Assembly (NCBI GenBank): GCA_944323195.1
Contig: CALURR010000122.1
Location: 46-64,045, forward strand
DNA length: 64,000 nt
Source: Candidatus Gastranaerophilales bacterium
GTDB taxonomy: Bacteria; Cyanobacteriota; Vampirovibrionia; Gastranaerophilales; Gastranaerophilaceae
Reading direction: 5' to 3'
Shown here: piece after piece, positions 1-8,370 of the stretch
How the letters are laid out: every line of letters begins with the position of its first letter
Numbering within the stretch: the stretch's first letter is position 1
The notes under the pieces: generated by a model
What the model saw: the letters and a program-made list of their open reading frames with translations, nothing else
What the model was told of the DNA's origin: nothing
The model's database searches: none
Translations under genes and position numbers: made by a program

Positions 1-143
1 CTGAAGCTACTGAAGAAGAAACAAGAATTCAAGACGAACAAACAACTCTAGAAGCACAACTAGAAGCAATGAGATCTGAACTGGAAACAGTAAAAGAACA
101 AATAAGCTCTGATATAGACAGTTCTAAAATTAATTTAAGCTAA
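1..143 (+). CDS. 3-prime fragment of an acidic coiled-coil protein, paralog of 3158-3685; 5-prime end lies outside the window
   Basis: The frame beginning at nt 3 is open from the window edge to TAA 141-143. It reads EATEEETRIQDEQTTLEAQLEAMRSELETVKEQISSDIDSSKINLS. The last 21 aa align by eye (about 11/21 identical) with the C-terminus of the 3158-3685 product (EMQSVSEAISSEIQNSTIKLS). Confidence 0.55.
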   Translation, partial: EATEEETRIQDEQTTLEAQLEAMRSELETVKEQISSDIDSSKINLS

Positions 144-160
144 TAAGTTAAAATAAGTAA

Positions 161-685
161 TTAAACTTCGCCGATAAATTTCTTAAACATCAAAAGAACT
201 TTATCGGCTTCTTTTATTAAATTATCGTAATCGGAATTATTGTCAATTTTAATATTCCAATCAGCATAATCATCAAGAGCAGTTTCGGTTATATCATCTT
301 TATTTACAAGCACGCCTCGTTTTGCCCTGTTTTCCTCAGCTGAATTAACTCTAACTAAAAAAGCGCCCTGATTTTTAAAGAAAAGTAATTCAGGCACAAC
401 CCTCACATCAGGAATAATAATATTATTATACTGAATAAGATTTTTTAACCAAAAATCATCACCTTGACTCCTGCCCCAATTACCAAGGTCAATGAGTTCA
501 CTTCTATATAAATGTTTATTTTTTTCTATCTCTTCAAAAGTTAAATTTTTTCTTTTACCATATTCAAGTTTTATAGCATCACCAATACCAATTCTTTTAA
601 AATTTGGAAGATTTTGCAATAAAATCTTAGCTAAAGTATCTTTTCCACTATACTGTTTTCCGGAAATAACTATAATTTTCTTCAT
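161..685 (-). CDS. P-loop kinase resembling animal-type phosphomevalonate kinase (PF04275-like)
   Basis: N-terminal Walker-A-like VISGKQYSGKDT. Later blocks (GDAIKLEYGK..., YRSELIDLGNWGR, PDVRVVPE, LVRVNSAEENRAKRG, DDITETALDDYADWNIKIDNN) line up in order with my recollection of human PMVK. The ATG at 685 is preferred to the TTG at 703 used by the ORF track. Confidence 0.6.
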   Translation of the reverse strand: MKKIIVISGKQYSGKDTLAKILLQNLPNFKRIGIGDAIKLEYGKRKNLTFEEIEKNKHLYRSELIDLGNWGRSQGDDFWLKNLIQYNNIIIPDVRVVPELLFFKNQGAFLVRVNSAEENRAKRGVLVNKDDITETALDDYADWNIKIDNNSDYDNLIKEADKVLLMFKKFIGEV

Positions 686-834
686 AAGAAAATTATAGAA
701 CAAAAAAGTTTATAAAATGTTAAGTTTTATTAAATAAAAATTTATTTTTTATCAATAATTTAATTAAAAAAAACTTTACATAAATGTAGTAGGTTTAAAT
801 TTTATGTATTACACACAAAACGGAGGGGATTTAT

Positions 835-1068
835 ATGTCAGGTTTAATTTCAAGCGAAAAGAAAAAAGATGCAAGTTTATTAATAAAAATAAACGAATAC
901 AAAATTTCAAAAAAATACCGATTAATGCTTAAAAATCTAAGTTTTATAGCCAAAGAAAAATCACAAGAAAACAACAATAACAGTTATTACTTAGATGAAT
1001 TAAATCTAAAAGAAAATTTCAAAAACAAAACAAAAAGAAATAAAAACGAAGCAATACAACTACTTTAA
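835..1068 (+). CDS. hypothetical small Lys/Asn-rich protein (77 aa)
   Basis: ATG preceded by a strong SD (acGGAGGggatttatATG) and followed by a 10-bp hairpin terminator. No recognisable domain. Confidence 0.5.
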   Translation: MSGLISSEKKKDASLLIKINEYKISKKYRLMLKNLSFIAKEKSQENNNNSYYLDELNLKENFKNKTKRNKNEAIQLL

Positions 1069-1071
1069 AAT

Positions 1072-1097
1072 ATAACGCCTGTTAATGCAGGCGTTAT
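1072..1097. terminator. hairpin shared by convergent genes 835-1068 (+) and 1094-2458 (-)
   Basis: 10-bp perfect stem (1072-1081 pairs with 1088-1097) with a 6-nt loop (ttaatg). Flanking sequence is T/A-rich on both strands. Confidence 0.55.
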
Positions 1098-2458
1098 CTA
1101 TTTAATTTTTCTTTTAATTTGTATGCAGCTGTCAAAATTGGATCGATTGAACCTGAAAACGGAGGAGAATAAGGCAAATCAAGATGAAGTAAATCATTTA
1201 CAGTCGCTCTTGATTTAAGAGCCGATGCAATTGTATTAATTCTTTGAGATATATTATCCTTACAACCTATACCTTGTGCACCAAGTATCTCGCCACTTCT
1301 TTTGTCTGCAACAAGCTTAATTGTCACATCATTAACATTAGGCATATAACTTGCTTTATCTTTTTTTGTAACAGTAGCATATATAGGTACAAGATTAATC
1401 CTATCTTGATAATCAATTGCATCTTTATAAGTTAAACCGGTTTTTGAAATAGTATATTCAAAAAAACGTGTAATTGTTGATTTCAATATTCCATCAAAAT
1501 TTTCAAAATATTCATCTGAAGTGGCATTTATTGCAGCAACTCGGCCTTCTTTATTTGCAATTGTACCCAAACCTAAATATGTTGGTATTCTTGTAATTAT
1601 ACAATACGCTTCAGTGCAATCACCGCAAGCATATATATTTTTAAAATTAGTTCTCATTTTTGAATCAACATATATAGCACCGGTTGTACCAATATGTATA
1701 CCGGATTTTTTAGCTAATTCTACATTTGGATGTGCGCCTGTAGCTAAAACACAAAAATCAGCAAATATTTCATCGCCTTTATCGGTTATTGCGCTTTTAA
1801 AGTTATTGTTTTCATCAACATTAAATTTAATAATTTTACTTGAAAAATAAGGTTCAATTTTTGTATCACTTTTTGAAATAATAATATCTTGAATTATTTT
1901 CGAAAAATCATCATCAAAATCAGAAGCAAGTCTATCTTTAGATTCAACTAATTTAACATCTAATCCGTTTTTAATAAATGCTTCAGTAAGCTCAATACCA
2001 ATATATCCTCCGCCAACAAGCAGAACGCTTTTTGATTTAAGCATTTTATTTTTTATATTTACGCCATCGTCCAAACTTCTTAGCGTAAAAATATTATTAG
2101 CATGAACATTTTCAACATTTGGAATATTAACTTTTGCACCTAATGCCAAAATTAATTCATCATAAAATATGTGATTATCATTGATTAATATACAATTTTT
2201 ATCAGGATAAATTTCTTGTGCTTCATGATTTAAAAAAACAGGTATACCATTGTCTATAAAATCTTGAGGAGTTTTAATAATTAACTTATTTATATCATCA
2301 ACACTACCTTCAATATAGTAAGGCAAACCGCACAAAGAATATGCAATCTTATCTTCATTTGTATATAATTCAACGTGATTATTGGGCTCTAATCTTTTTG
2401 CTTTAGAAGCAGCCTTAGCACCTGCTGCTCCACCCCCTATTACAACAATTTTTTTCAT
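1094..2458 (-). CDS. FAD-dependent pyridine nucleotide-disulfide oxidoreductase, CoA-disulfide reductase / NADH oxidase family
   Basis: MKKIVVIGGGAAGAKAA dinucleotide-binding motif and the single redox cysteine context AYSLCGLPYY typical of Nox/Npx/CoADR. A second GGGYIGIE NAD(P)-binding motif is present. The ATG at 2458 is preferred to the TTG at 2476. Confidence 0.85.
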   Translation of the reverse strand: MKKIVVIGGGAAGAKAASKAKRLEPNNHVELYTNEDKIAYSLCGLPYYIEGSVDDINKLIIKTPQDFIDNGIPVFLNHEAQEIYPDKNCILINDNHIFYDELILALGAKVNIPNVENVHANNIFTLRSLDDGVNIKNKMLKSKSVLLVGGGYIGIELTEAFIKNGLDVKLVESKDRLASDFDDDFSKIIQDIIISKSDTKIEPYFSSKIIKFNVDENNNFKSAITDKGDEIFADFCVLATGAHPNVELAKKSGIHIGTTGAIYVDSKMRTNFKNIYACGDCTEAYCIITRIPTYLGLGTIANKEGRVAAINATSDEYFENFDGILKSTITRFFEYTISKTGLTYKDAIDYQDRINLVPIYATVTKKDKASYMPNVNDVTIKLVADKRSGEILGAQGIGCKDNISQRINTIASALKSRATVNDLLHLDLPYSPPFSGSIDPILTAAYKLKEKLNR

Positions 2459-2490
2459 GGTAAATTTATCATACAAAAAGGAGAAAAATT

Positions 2491-3024
2491 TTGTATCTGA
2501 CAGGTGGGCAATTCAAGGGTCATAAAATAGAAGTTCCCAAAAACACAAAACCAACCCTTTCTAAAGTTAGAGAAAGCATTTTTAACATACTTCAGCAATT
2601 TGAATTTGAAAACAATACTTTCCTTGATATGTTCGCAGGCAGCGCAATAATGGGACTGGAAGCAATTTCAAGGGGTTATAAAGTATACGAGCTTGAAATC
2701 AATCCAAAAACAATTTCAATTATTAAAAAGAATTATGAAAAAATAAAACAAAAACCAAATATAATTTTAACAGATAGCCTTAAATACAAATCAGAAACAA
2801 GATTTGACATTATATATCTTGATCCGCCTTGGAATATGGACTACAACCCAATAATCCAAAAAGCACAATCACTACTTTCAAAAGATGGCATAATTATTAT
2901 AGAATTTGACAAACAAAAAGAAATAAATATACCCAAAATAATAGCAGACAATAATTTAAACCTAGAAATAATAAAATCTAAAAAATATGGCAGATGTCTT
3001 ATATCGATATTAAAACAAATATAA
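2491..3024 (+). CDS. rsmD: 16S rRNA (guanine966-N2)-methyltransferase RsmD
   Basis: N-terminus LTGGQFKGHKIEVP...TKPTLSKVRESIFNIL, SAM motif LDMFAGSAIMGLEAISRG, and a DPPW catalytic motif. TTG start with GGAG 8 nt upstream. Confidence 0.85.
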   Translation: MYLTGGQFKGHKIEVPKNTKPTLSKVRESIFNILQQFEFENNTFLDMFAGSAIMGLEAISRGYKVYELEINPKTISIIKKNYEKIKQKPNIILTDSLKYKSETRFDIIYLDPPWNMDYNPIIQKAQSLLSKDGIIIIEFDKQKEINIPKIIADNNLNLEIIKSKKYGRCLISILKQI

Positions 3025-3157
3025 ATGTTAAGCAATGTAACAAAATAGTATATACTCTTTATATAACAAAGACAATAATTTTATACAAAAATTGTTTATT
3101 TATATAAGAAAAGAAAACACACATCGCACACACTAAACTACAAGAAAGAGGACAACT

Positions 3158-3685
3158 ATGGGTTGGGTTACATTAGCGTTAAGGAAAACGGAGTTAAAAA
3201 GAACTCACGCTACCTATCAATTAGAAGACTTACAAATTTCAAGAGAAAAAAGAAGAATGGCAAGAGAATATCACGCCGAACAAGTTGGTGTAGAAAATGA
3301 TAAAAATTCTCAAACCAGAGATGTTAGAAACTCATATAATTTAGATAAACAAAGTATTTATGATGATATGAGCGCTCTAAGAGAAGCAGCAAAAGAAGCG
3401 GGAGAATCATCTACAACGTATGAATACAACGGTTTTACACTGTCAGATTACCAAAGCCAACTAGATGATTTAAAAGAAAATTACTCATATGAATCAGCTG
3501 AAATTGAATCATATTGGGAAGATGAACTTGCAATGATTGAAGAAGAATCAAACGATACTGAAACTGAACTTGACCAAGAACAAGTAGAAATCGAAACATT
3601 GATGGAAAACGTAAGCCAAGAAATGCAATCAGTATCTGAAGCAATAAGCTCTGAAATTCAAAACTCAACAATTAAACTCTCATAG
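3158..3685 (+). CDS. hypothetical acidic coiled-coil protein (175 aa), paralog of the fragment at 1-143
   Basis: Good SD (aGAGGAcaactATG). Basic N-terminus (MGWVTLALRKTELKRTH) followed by a long Glu/Asp/Ser/Gln-rich heptad-like region. A terminator follows immediately. Confidence 0.65.
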   Translation: MGWVTLALRKTELKRTHATYQLEDLQISREKRRMAREYHAEQVGVENDKNSQTRDVRNSYNLDKQSIYDDMSALREAAKEAGESSTTYEYNGFTLSDYQSQLDDLKENYSYESAEIESYWEDELAMIEEESNDTETELDQEQVEIETLMENVSQEMQSVSEAISSEIQNSTIKLS

Positions 3686-3716
3686 TTTAATTAAATAACC
3701 TCTTAAAGTTTAGTGC

Positions 3717-3747
3717 AAAAAAGACGGAGTATAAACTCCGTCTTTTA
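3717..3747. terminator. bidirectional rho-independent terminator
   Basis: aaaaaaGACGGAGTataaACTCCGTCtttt: an 8-9 bp GC-containing stem flanked by an A-run and a T-run. It lies between convergent genes ending at 3685 (+) and 3753 (-). Confidence 0.8.
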
Positions 3748-3752
3748 ATTTA

Positions 3753-4292
3753 TTAACCGCCAAATACCCTATCTTCTTTATCTGAAGTAGATTCGGTATT
3801 ATCAACCCGAGATTCATAAAACATAGACATCTGCGTCGGATTAATCCTTGGATATTTTTCTTTAACATCCTTAATCTCTTGATTTATTCTATATGCATTG
3901 ATTTCGCCTTGTGTCACTCTACCGTCATGGTTGGTATCAATTTCAGTAAAATTAGACAAAACCGTATCCAGCAAAGATGACATAGAAGAACCACCGGACA
4001 TACACAATTGTGATAGCTCATTGTAAGTCATACCCTGTGAACGAAGTTTTGCAGAATAATTAGTAATATCTTCAGTAGTAATCAAACCATCACCATCTAA
4101 ATCAATTTGGTTAAAATTAGTCATCATATAGCTTCTAAAGGTTTGATTAACCGTATATTTAATCGTATCGCTATCAGGATTTAAAATATTTTCCAAAGAA
4201 AGACCATTTGCACCATTTAACATTAAAAGATAATTTGCATTTAATCCAGAAATAGCACCTGTAAATAAACTCGAACCAATTAAATTAGCCAT
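3753..4292 (-). CDS. EF-hand calcium-binding domain protein (two canonical loops)
   Basis: Two 12-residue loops fit D-x-[DN]-x-D-G-x-[IV]-x-x-x-[ED]: DLDGDGLITTED and DTNHDGRVTQGE. SD is GAGGG, 8 nt upstream of the ATG. No signal peptide is apparent. Confidence 0.75.
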   Translation of the reverse strand: MANLIGSSLFTGAISGLNANYLLMLNGANGLSLENILNPDSDTIKYTVNQTFRSYMMTNFNQIDLDGDGLITTEDITNYSAKLRSQGMTYNELSQLCMSGGSSMSSLLDTVLSNFTEIDTNHDGRVTQGEINAYRINQEIKDVKEKYPRINPTQMSMFYESRVDNTESTSDKEDRVFGG

Positions 4293-4421
4293 AATAATAC
4301 CCTCGTATCTATCTTTTTATATTTTAATGTTATTTATAAAAAAGTAAACCCAATATTTGTATGAAAATTTTAAATTATATGTAACATATTAAAACAATAA
4401 TATCTAAACGCTTGCCAATAG

Positions 4422-4450
4422 TCTTGTTTATGAGAAAATTATAGTATAAT
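4422..4450 (+). promoter_or_regulatory. candidate sigma70-type promoter for fusA
   Basis: TCTTGT (4422-4427), 17-nt spacer, TATAAT (4445-4450), about 33 nt upstream of the fusA ATG. The -35 element is weak. Confidence 0.3.
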
Positions 4451-4483
4451 TAGAAATACTATTTTTAGAAAAGGAAATTAAAT

Positions 4484-6574
4484 ATGCCAAGAAAAACAGC
4501 ATTAGAAAAAATCCGCAACATTGGTATTGCTGCACACATTGACGCAGGTAAAACTACCACTACAGAGCGTATTTTGTTCTATACAGGTAAAACACATAAA
4601 ATCGGTGAAGTGCACGATGGTGCAGCCGTAACTGACTTTATGGAACAAGAAAGAGAAAGAGGTATCACAATTCAATCTGCAGCTGTTACTGCTGAATGGA
4701 AAGGACACCAAATTAATATAATCGACACCCCCGGTCACGTTGACTTTACAATTGAAGTAGAACGTTCACTTCGTGTTCTAGACGGCGTTGTTGCAGTATT
4801 CTGCGCAGTTGGCGGTGTTCAATCTCAATCAGAAACAGTTTGGCGTCAAGCAAACAGATATGAAGTTCCAAGAATGGTATTTGTAAACAAAATGGACAGA
4901 ACCGGCGCAGACTTCTATCGTGTTGTTGACCAAATTAAAAACAGACTAGGTGCAAATGCTGTTCCTATTCAACTTCCAATTGGCGCCGAAGATAAATTTA
5001 CAGGTCTTGTTGATTTAATGACAATGAAAGCTGAAATTTATACAAATGACCTTGGTACAGACATTAAAGAAGAAGATATTCCGGCTGAATTAAAAGATAA
5101 AGCTCAAGAATACAGAGATGCAATGGTAGAAGCAATTGCTGCCGAAGACGATGCTTTAATGGAAAAATTCTTTGAAGATCCTTCGACAATTACAATTGAA
5201 GAACTTAAAGCAGGTTTAAGAAAAGCCGTATGCAACAATAAAATAGTTCCTGTATGCTGCGGTACGGCATTTAAAAACAAAGGTGTACAATTACTGTTAA
5301 ATAACGTTGTAGACTATATGCCATCACCTGTTGACGTAAAAGCAATCGAAGGTGAATTAGAAGACGGCACAAAAACTGAACGTCATTCATCAGACTCTGA
5401 ACCATTCTCAGCTTTAGCATTCAAAGTTATGACAGACCCATTCGTTGGCCGTTTAACATTCTTGAGAGTTTATTCCGGTTCAATATCTTCTGGTTCTTAT
5501 GTTCTTAATGCAACAAACGGTAAAAAAGAACGTATCTCTAGATTGGTTAGAATGTATGCCGACCAACGTCTTGAAGAACAAGAAGTATACGCAGGCGATA
5601 TTTGTGCAGCAGTTGGCTTAAAAGACACAACTACAGGTGATACATTATGCGATGAAAAAGCTCCAATTATCCTAGAAAGAATGAGCTTCCCAGAACCTGT
5701 TATTTCTGTAGCTATTGAACCAAAAACAAAAGCTGACCAAGATAAAATGGGCATCGCTCTTCAAAAACTTGCAGAAGAAGATCCATCATTCAGAGTTAAA
5801 TCAGACACTGAAACTGGTCAAACAATCATTTCAGGTATGGGTGAATTACACCTAGACATTATCGTTGACCGTATGTTAAGAGAATTCAAAGTTGAAGCGA
5901 ATATCGGTAAACCTCAAGTTGCATATCGTGAAACAATTAGAGGTACAGCTGATCAAGATTCTAAATTCATCCGTCAATCAGGTGGTAAAGGTCAATATGG
6001 CCACGTTAAAATCAAAATCTCTCCTGCTGGCGAAAATGAAGGCTTTGTATTTGAAAACAAAATCGTTGGTGGTGCAATTCCAAAAGAATACATCGAACCA
6101 GCAAGAAAAGGTATGGAAGAAGCTCTTGAAGGCGGTATTTTAGCCGGATATCCAATGATAGACGTTAAAGTTGAACTTTACGACGGAAGCTACCACGAAG
6201 TTGACTCTTCTGAAATGGCATTCAAAATCGCAGGTTCTATGGCAATTAAAGAAGGTACAAAAAAAGCACAACCTTGCATATTAGAACCTATGATGAAAGT
6301 TGAAATCGAAATTCCTGATGAGTTCACCGGAACAATCATTGGTGACATTTCAAGACGTCGCGGTAGAGTTGAAGGTCAAGAACCACAAGGAAACACAGGC
6401 AATGTAATCGTAAGAGCAATTGTTCCTCTTGCAAACATGTTTGGTTACGCTACAGACCTTCGTTCAAATACTCAAGGTAGAGGAACATTCTCTATGGAAT
6501 TCAAATGTTATGAACAAGTTCCTGCTAATATTGAAAAAGAAATCATTTCAAAATCAGCAGCTTCAGACAACTAA
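4484..6574 (+). CDS. fusA: translation elongation factor G
   Basis: [33 protein letters not shown] and NKMDR GTPase motifs, with full-length EF-G domain order (696 aa). Noticeably GC-richer codon usage than its neighbours. Confidence 0.97.
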   Translation: MPRKTALEKIRNIGIAAHIDAGKTTTTERILFYTGKTHKIGEVHDGAAVTDFMEQERERGITIQSAAVTAEWKGHQINIIDTPGHVDFTIEVERSLRVLDGVVAVFCAVGGVQSQSETVWRQANRYEVPRMVFVNKMDRTGADFYRVVDQIKNRLGANAVPIQLPIGAEDKFTGLVDLMTMKAEIYTNDLGTDIKEEDIPAELKDKAQEYRDAMVEAIAAEDDALMEKFFEDPSTITIEELKAGLRKAVCNNKIVPVCCGTAFKNKGVQLLLNNVVDYMPSPVDVKAIEGELEDGTKTERHSSDSEPFSALAFKVMTDPFVGRLTFLRVYSGSISSGSYVLNATNGKKERISRLVRMYADQRLEEQEVYAGDICAAVGLKDTTTGDTLCDEKAPIILERMSFPEPVISVAIEPKTKADQDKMGIALQKLAEEDPSFRVKSDTETGQTIISGMGELHLDIIVDRMLREFKVEANIGKPQVAYRETIRGTADQDSKFIRQSGGKGQYGHVKIKISPAGENEGFVFENKIVGGAIPKEYIEPARKGMEEALEGGILAGYPMIDVKVELYDGSYHEVDSSEMAFKIAGSMAIKEGTKKAQPCILEPMMKVEIEIPDEFTGTIIGDISRRRGRVEGQEPQGNTGNVIVRAIVPLANMFGYATDLRSNTQGRGTFSMEFKCYEQVPANIEKEIISKSAASDN

Positions 6575-6593
6575 TATTTGAATAAATAAATAT

Positions 6594-6626
6594 AAAAAGC
6601 AGATATGATTTCATATCTGCTTTTTT
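6594..6626 (+). terminator. rho-independent terminator of fusA
   Basis: GCAGATATG / CATATCTGC stem (6599-6620) followed by TTTTTT (6621-6626). Confidence 0.85.
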
Positions 6627-6630
6627 AATA

Positions 6631-6659
6631 AAAAAAACCGTCTTTAAATTTAAAGACGG
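6631..6659 (-). terminator. rho-independent terminator of the minus-strand gene 6719-6979
   Basis: Perfect palindrome ccgtctttaaatttaaagacgg (6638-6659). On the minus strand it is followed by a 7-nt T-run (complement of A-run 6631-6637). Confidence 0.75.
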
Positions 6660-6718
6660 CAAGTTTGTAAACCTAACTATAATCCCCCATTTCAGATAAA
6701 TAATCATTTTTTAAATAA

Positions 6719-6979
6719 TTATTTACAAACATTTGATACAAAAGATACAAAATCGAAAAAACTTTCCTTAACAAAATCAACAGCCAAAGTTTTCAATGAT
6801 ATATCCTCAATTTTACGAAACGCAATGTTAATCGGGTCTTGCGCACATTTAAACTTAGTTCTAATATCTCGATTATCAATACGTTCTAATTTTTTTCTTA
6901 AATCTAGAGTATTATCCTTCACCTCGAACGGATTAAACTCTTCTTCAAATACATTTGAATATTTTTTTAACTGTGCCAT
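6719..6979 (-). CDS. hypothetical protein (86 aa)
   Basis: An isolated ORF with its own downstream terminator on the correct strand. No recognisable domain. Confidence 0.5.
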   Translation of the reverse strand: MAQLKKYSNVFEEEFNPFEVKDNTLDLRKKLERIDNRDIRTKFKCAQDPINIAFRKIEDISLKTLAVDFVKESFFDFVSFVSNVCK

Positions 6980-7138
6980 AATCTTACTCTCTTAATATAT
7001 ATCCTTTATATATTAATAAAGTATTTTTTAAATATAAAATTGCCTATTTAATTAAATATTTTATATATATTTAACAAATATTGGCTGAAATTCAATTATA
7101 GCTTAAAATTAATATTAAGAAATATTAAGAAGAAGAAA

Positions 7139-7169
7139 TTGAACAAAATTTAAATTTTATCGTTATAAT
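7139..7169 (+). promoter_or_regulatory. candidate promoter of the ECF sigma operon
   Basis: TTGAAC (7139-7144) and TATAAT (7164-7169), but the spacer is 19 nt, which is long. Confidence 0.25.
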
Positions 7170-7188
7170 ATATGTAAGGAATAAAAAA

Positions 7189-7416
7189 ATGGATAAACTA
7201 TCAGATTTATTAAAAGAAGCTAAACCTTTATACAGACAAAGAAAAAGAAGAAAAGCTATGGCAAAATTATTTGTCGTAATGTTTATTCCTGCTTTTTTCT
7301 TTTCAAGCGCAATTCATATATATAACCAAGGAAATGACTTATATCTTTCACTAAGTTCAAACACATTACAAAAACAACTTCTTGAGGACGAATTTGCGCT
7401 TCAAATGGTGAAATAA
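7189..7416 (+). CDS. small single-pass membrane protein upstream of the ECF sigma factor (possible minimal anti-sigma)
   Basis: SD is AAGGA. The basic N-terminal segment (RQRKRRKAMAK) is followed by one hydrophobic helix (LFVVMFIPAFFFSSAIHIY). Its stop codon abuts the sigma gene start. Confidence 0.55.
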   Translation: MDKLSDLLKEAKPLYRQRKRRKAMAKLFVVMFIPAFFFSSAIHIYNQGNDLYLSLSSNTLQKQLLEDEFALQMVK

Positions 7417-7920
7417 TTGAAAGAAATAATAAACAAAAATCGTCAAAAAATACGACAAATAATAAAAAAATTCACAGGATACCAAAATGAAGACTTAGAA
7501 CAAGAAGTCTACATCAAAACTTTTCTTCATTTAAACAAGTATATTGAAAAGAATAAATTTTCACAATGGATTGGAACCATCACTGCAAACATATGCAGGG
7601 ATTATTTAAAAAGTTCTTATTTTAAAAACCAAAATAATTCAACAAATGATGAATACACTCTTGATTCAATCAAATCAAATCAAAATCCTGAAAAAGAACT
7701 TACAAGCAAAGAAAGACAAAAAATAATTTTAAAAGAAATTAATGCACTGCCTAAAAAAATGAAGGAAGTAATTATACTTTACGAATTTGAAGACTATTCC
7801 TATGAAAAAATTTCAGAAAAACTTAAAATTCCACAAGGAACAGTAAAATCAAGAATTAACAATGCAAGAAAAATTCTAAAAGAAAAACTTAGTTTTTTAT
7901 TAACAGAGGATGAAGACTAA
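7417..7920 (+). CDS. RNA polymerase sigma-70 family, ECF subfamily
   Basis: Region 2-like EDLEQEVYIKTFLHL...FSQWIGTITANICRDYLK and region 4 HTH LPKKMKEVIILYEFEDYSYEKISEKLKIPQGTVKSRINNARKIL. TTG start directly after the upstream stop codon. Confidence 0.85.
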   Translation: MKEIINKNRQKIRQIIKKFTGYQNEDLEQEVYIKTFLHLNKYIEKNKFSQWIGTITANICRDYLKSSYFKNQNNSTNDEYTLDSIKSNQNPEKELTSKERQKIILKEINALPKKMKEVIILYEFEDYSYEKISEKLKIPQGTVKSRINNARKILKEKLSFLLTEDED

Positions 7921-8369
7921 TGAAAAAAATTATTCCGGTTTTAATGGCTATTTTTTTATCTGTAAATCTAGCAGTTGTTGCCAAAACAAACGACATAACA
8001 AACAAATTTCAACCAAAATGTAAAGAGAAAAAAGAATTCATACAACAACTTGACGAAAGATTGAATTTTACTCCCGAACAAAAAGAAATTCTTAAACAAA
8101 ATCGCAAAAAAAATAGAAAAGAAATGGAAAAAATAGTTAAAGAAATGGAAAAATTACACAATGAAATTAAATCCATTTATTTATCTACAGACAATAAACT
8201 TGAAGCAGACATTAAATCCAGCACAAAAAAAATGCAGCTGGTATTATTAAAGCAAGAAGCAGATAATCTTAGAAAAAAACACAGAGAAGAATTTCTAAAA
8301 ATTCTAACTCCTCAACAAAAAGCAGAATTAGAAAAATTCAAAAAAGAAATGCAATTAAAAGCTAAGTAA
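7920..8369 (+). CDS. periplasmic Spy/CpxP-like LTXXQ-motif protein
   Basis: Signal peptide (MKKIIPVLMAIFLSVNLAVVA) and two LTXXQ-type motifs (FTPEQKEIL, LTPQQKAEL) in a helical Lys/Glu-rich protein. Its ATG overlaps the sigma stop codon (TAATG). Confidence 0.7.
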   Translation: MKKIIPVLMAIFLSVNLAVVAKTNDITNKFQPKCKEKKEFIQQLDERLNFTPEQKEILKQNRKKNRKEMEKIVKEMEKLHNEIKSIYLSTDNKLEADIKSSTKKMQLVLLKQEADNLRKKHREEFLKILTPQQKAELEKFKKEMQLKAK

Positions 8370-8370
8370 T

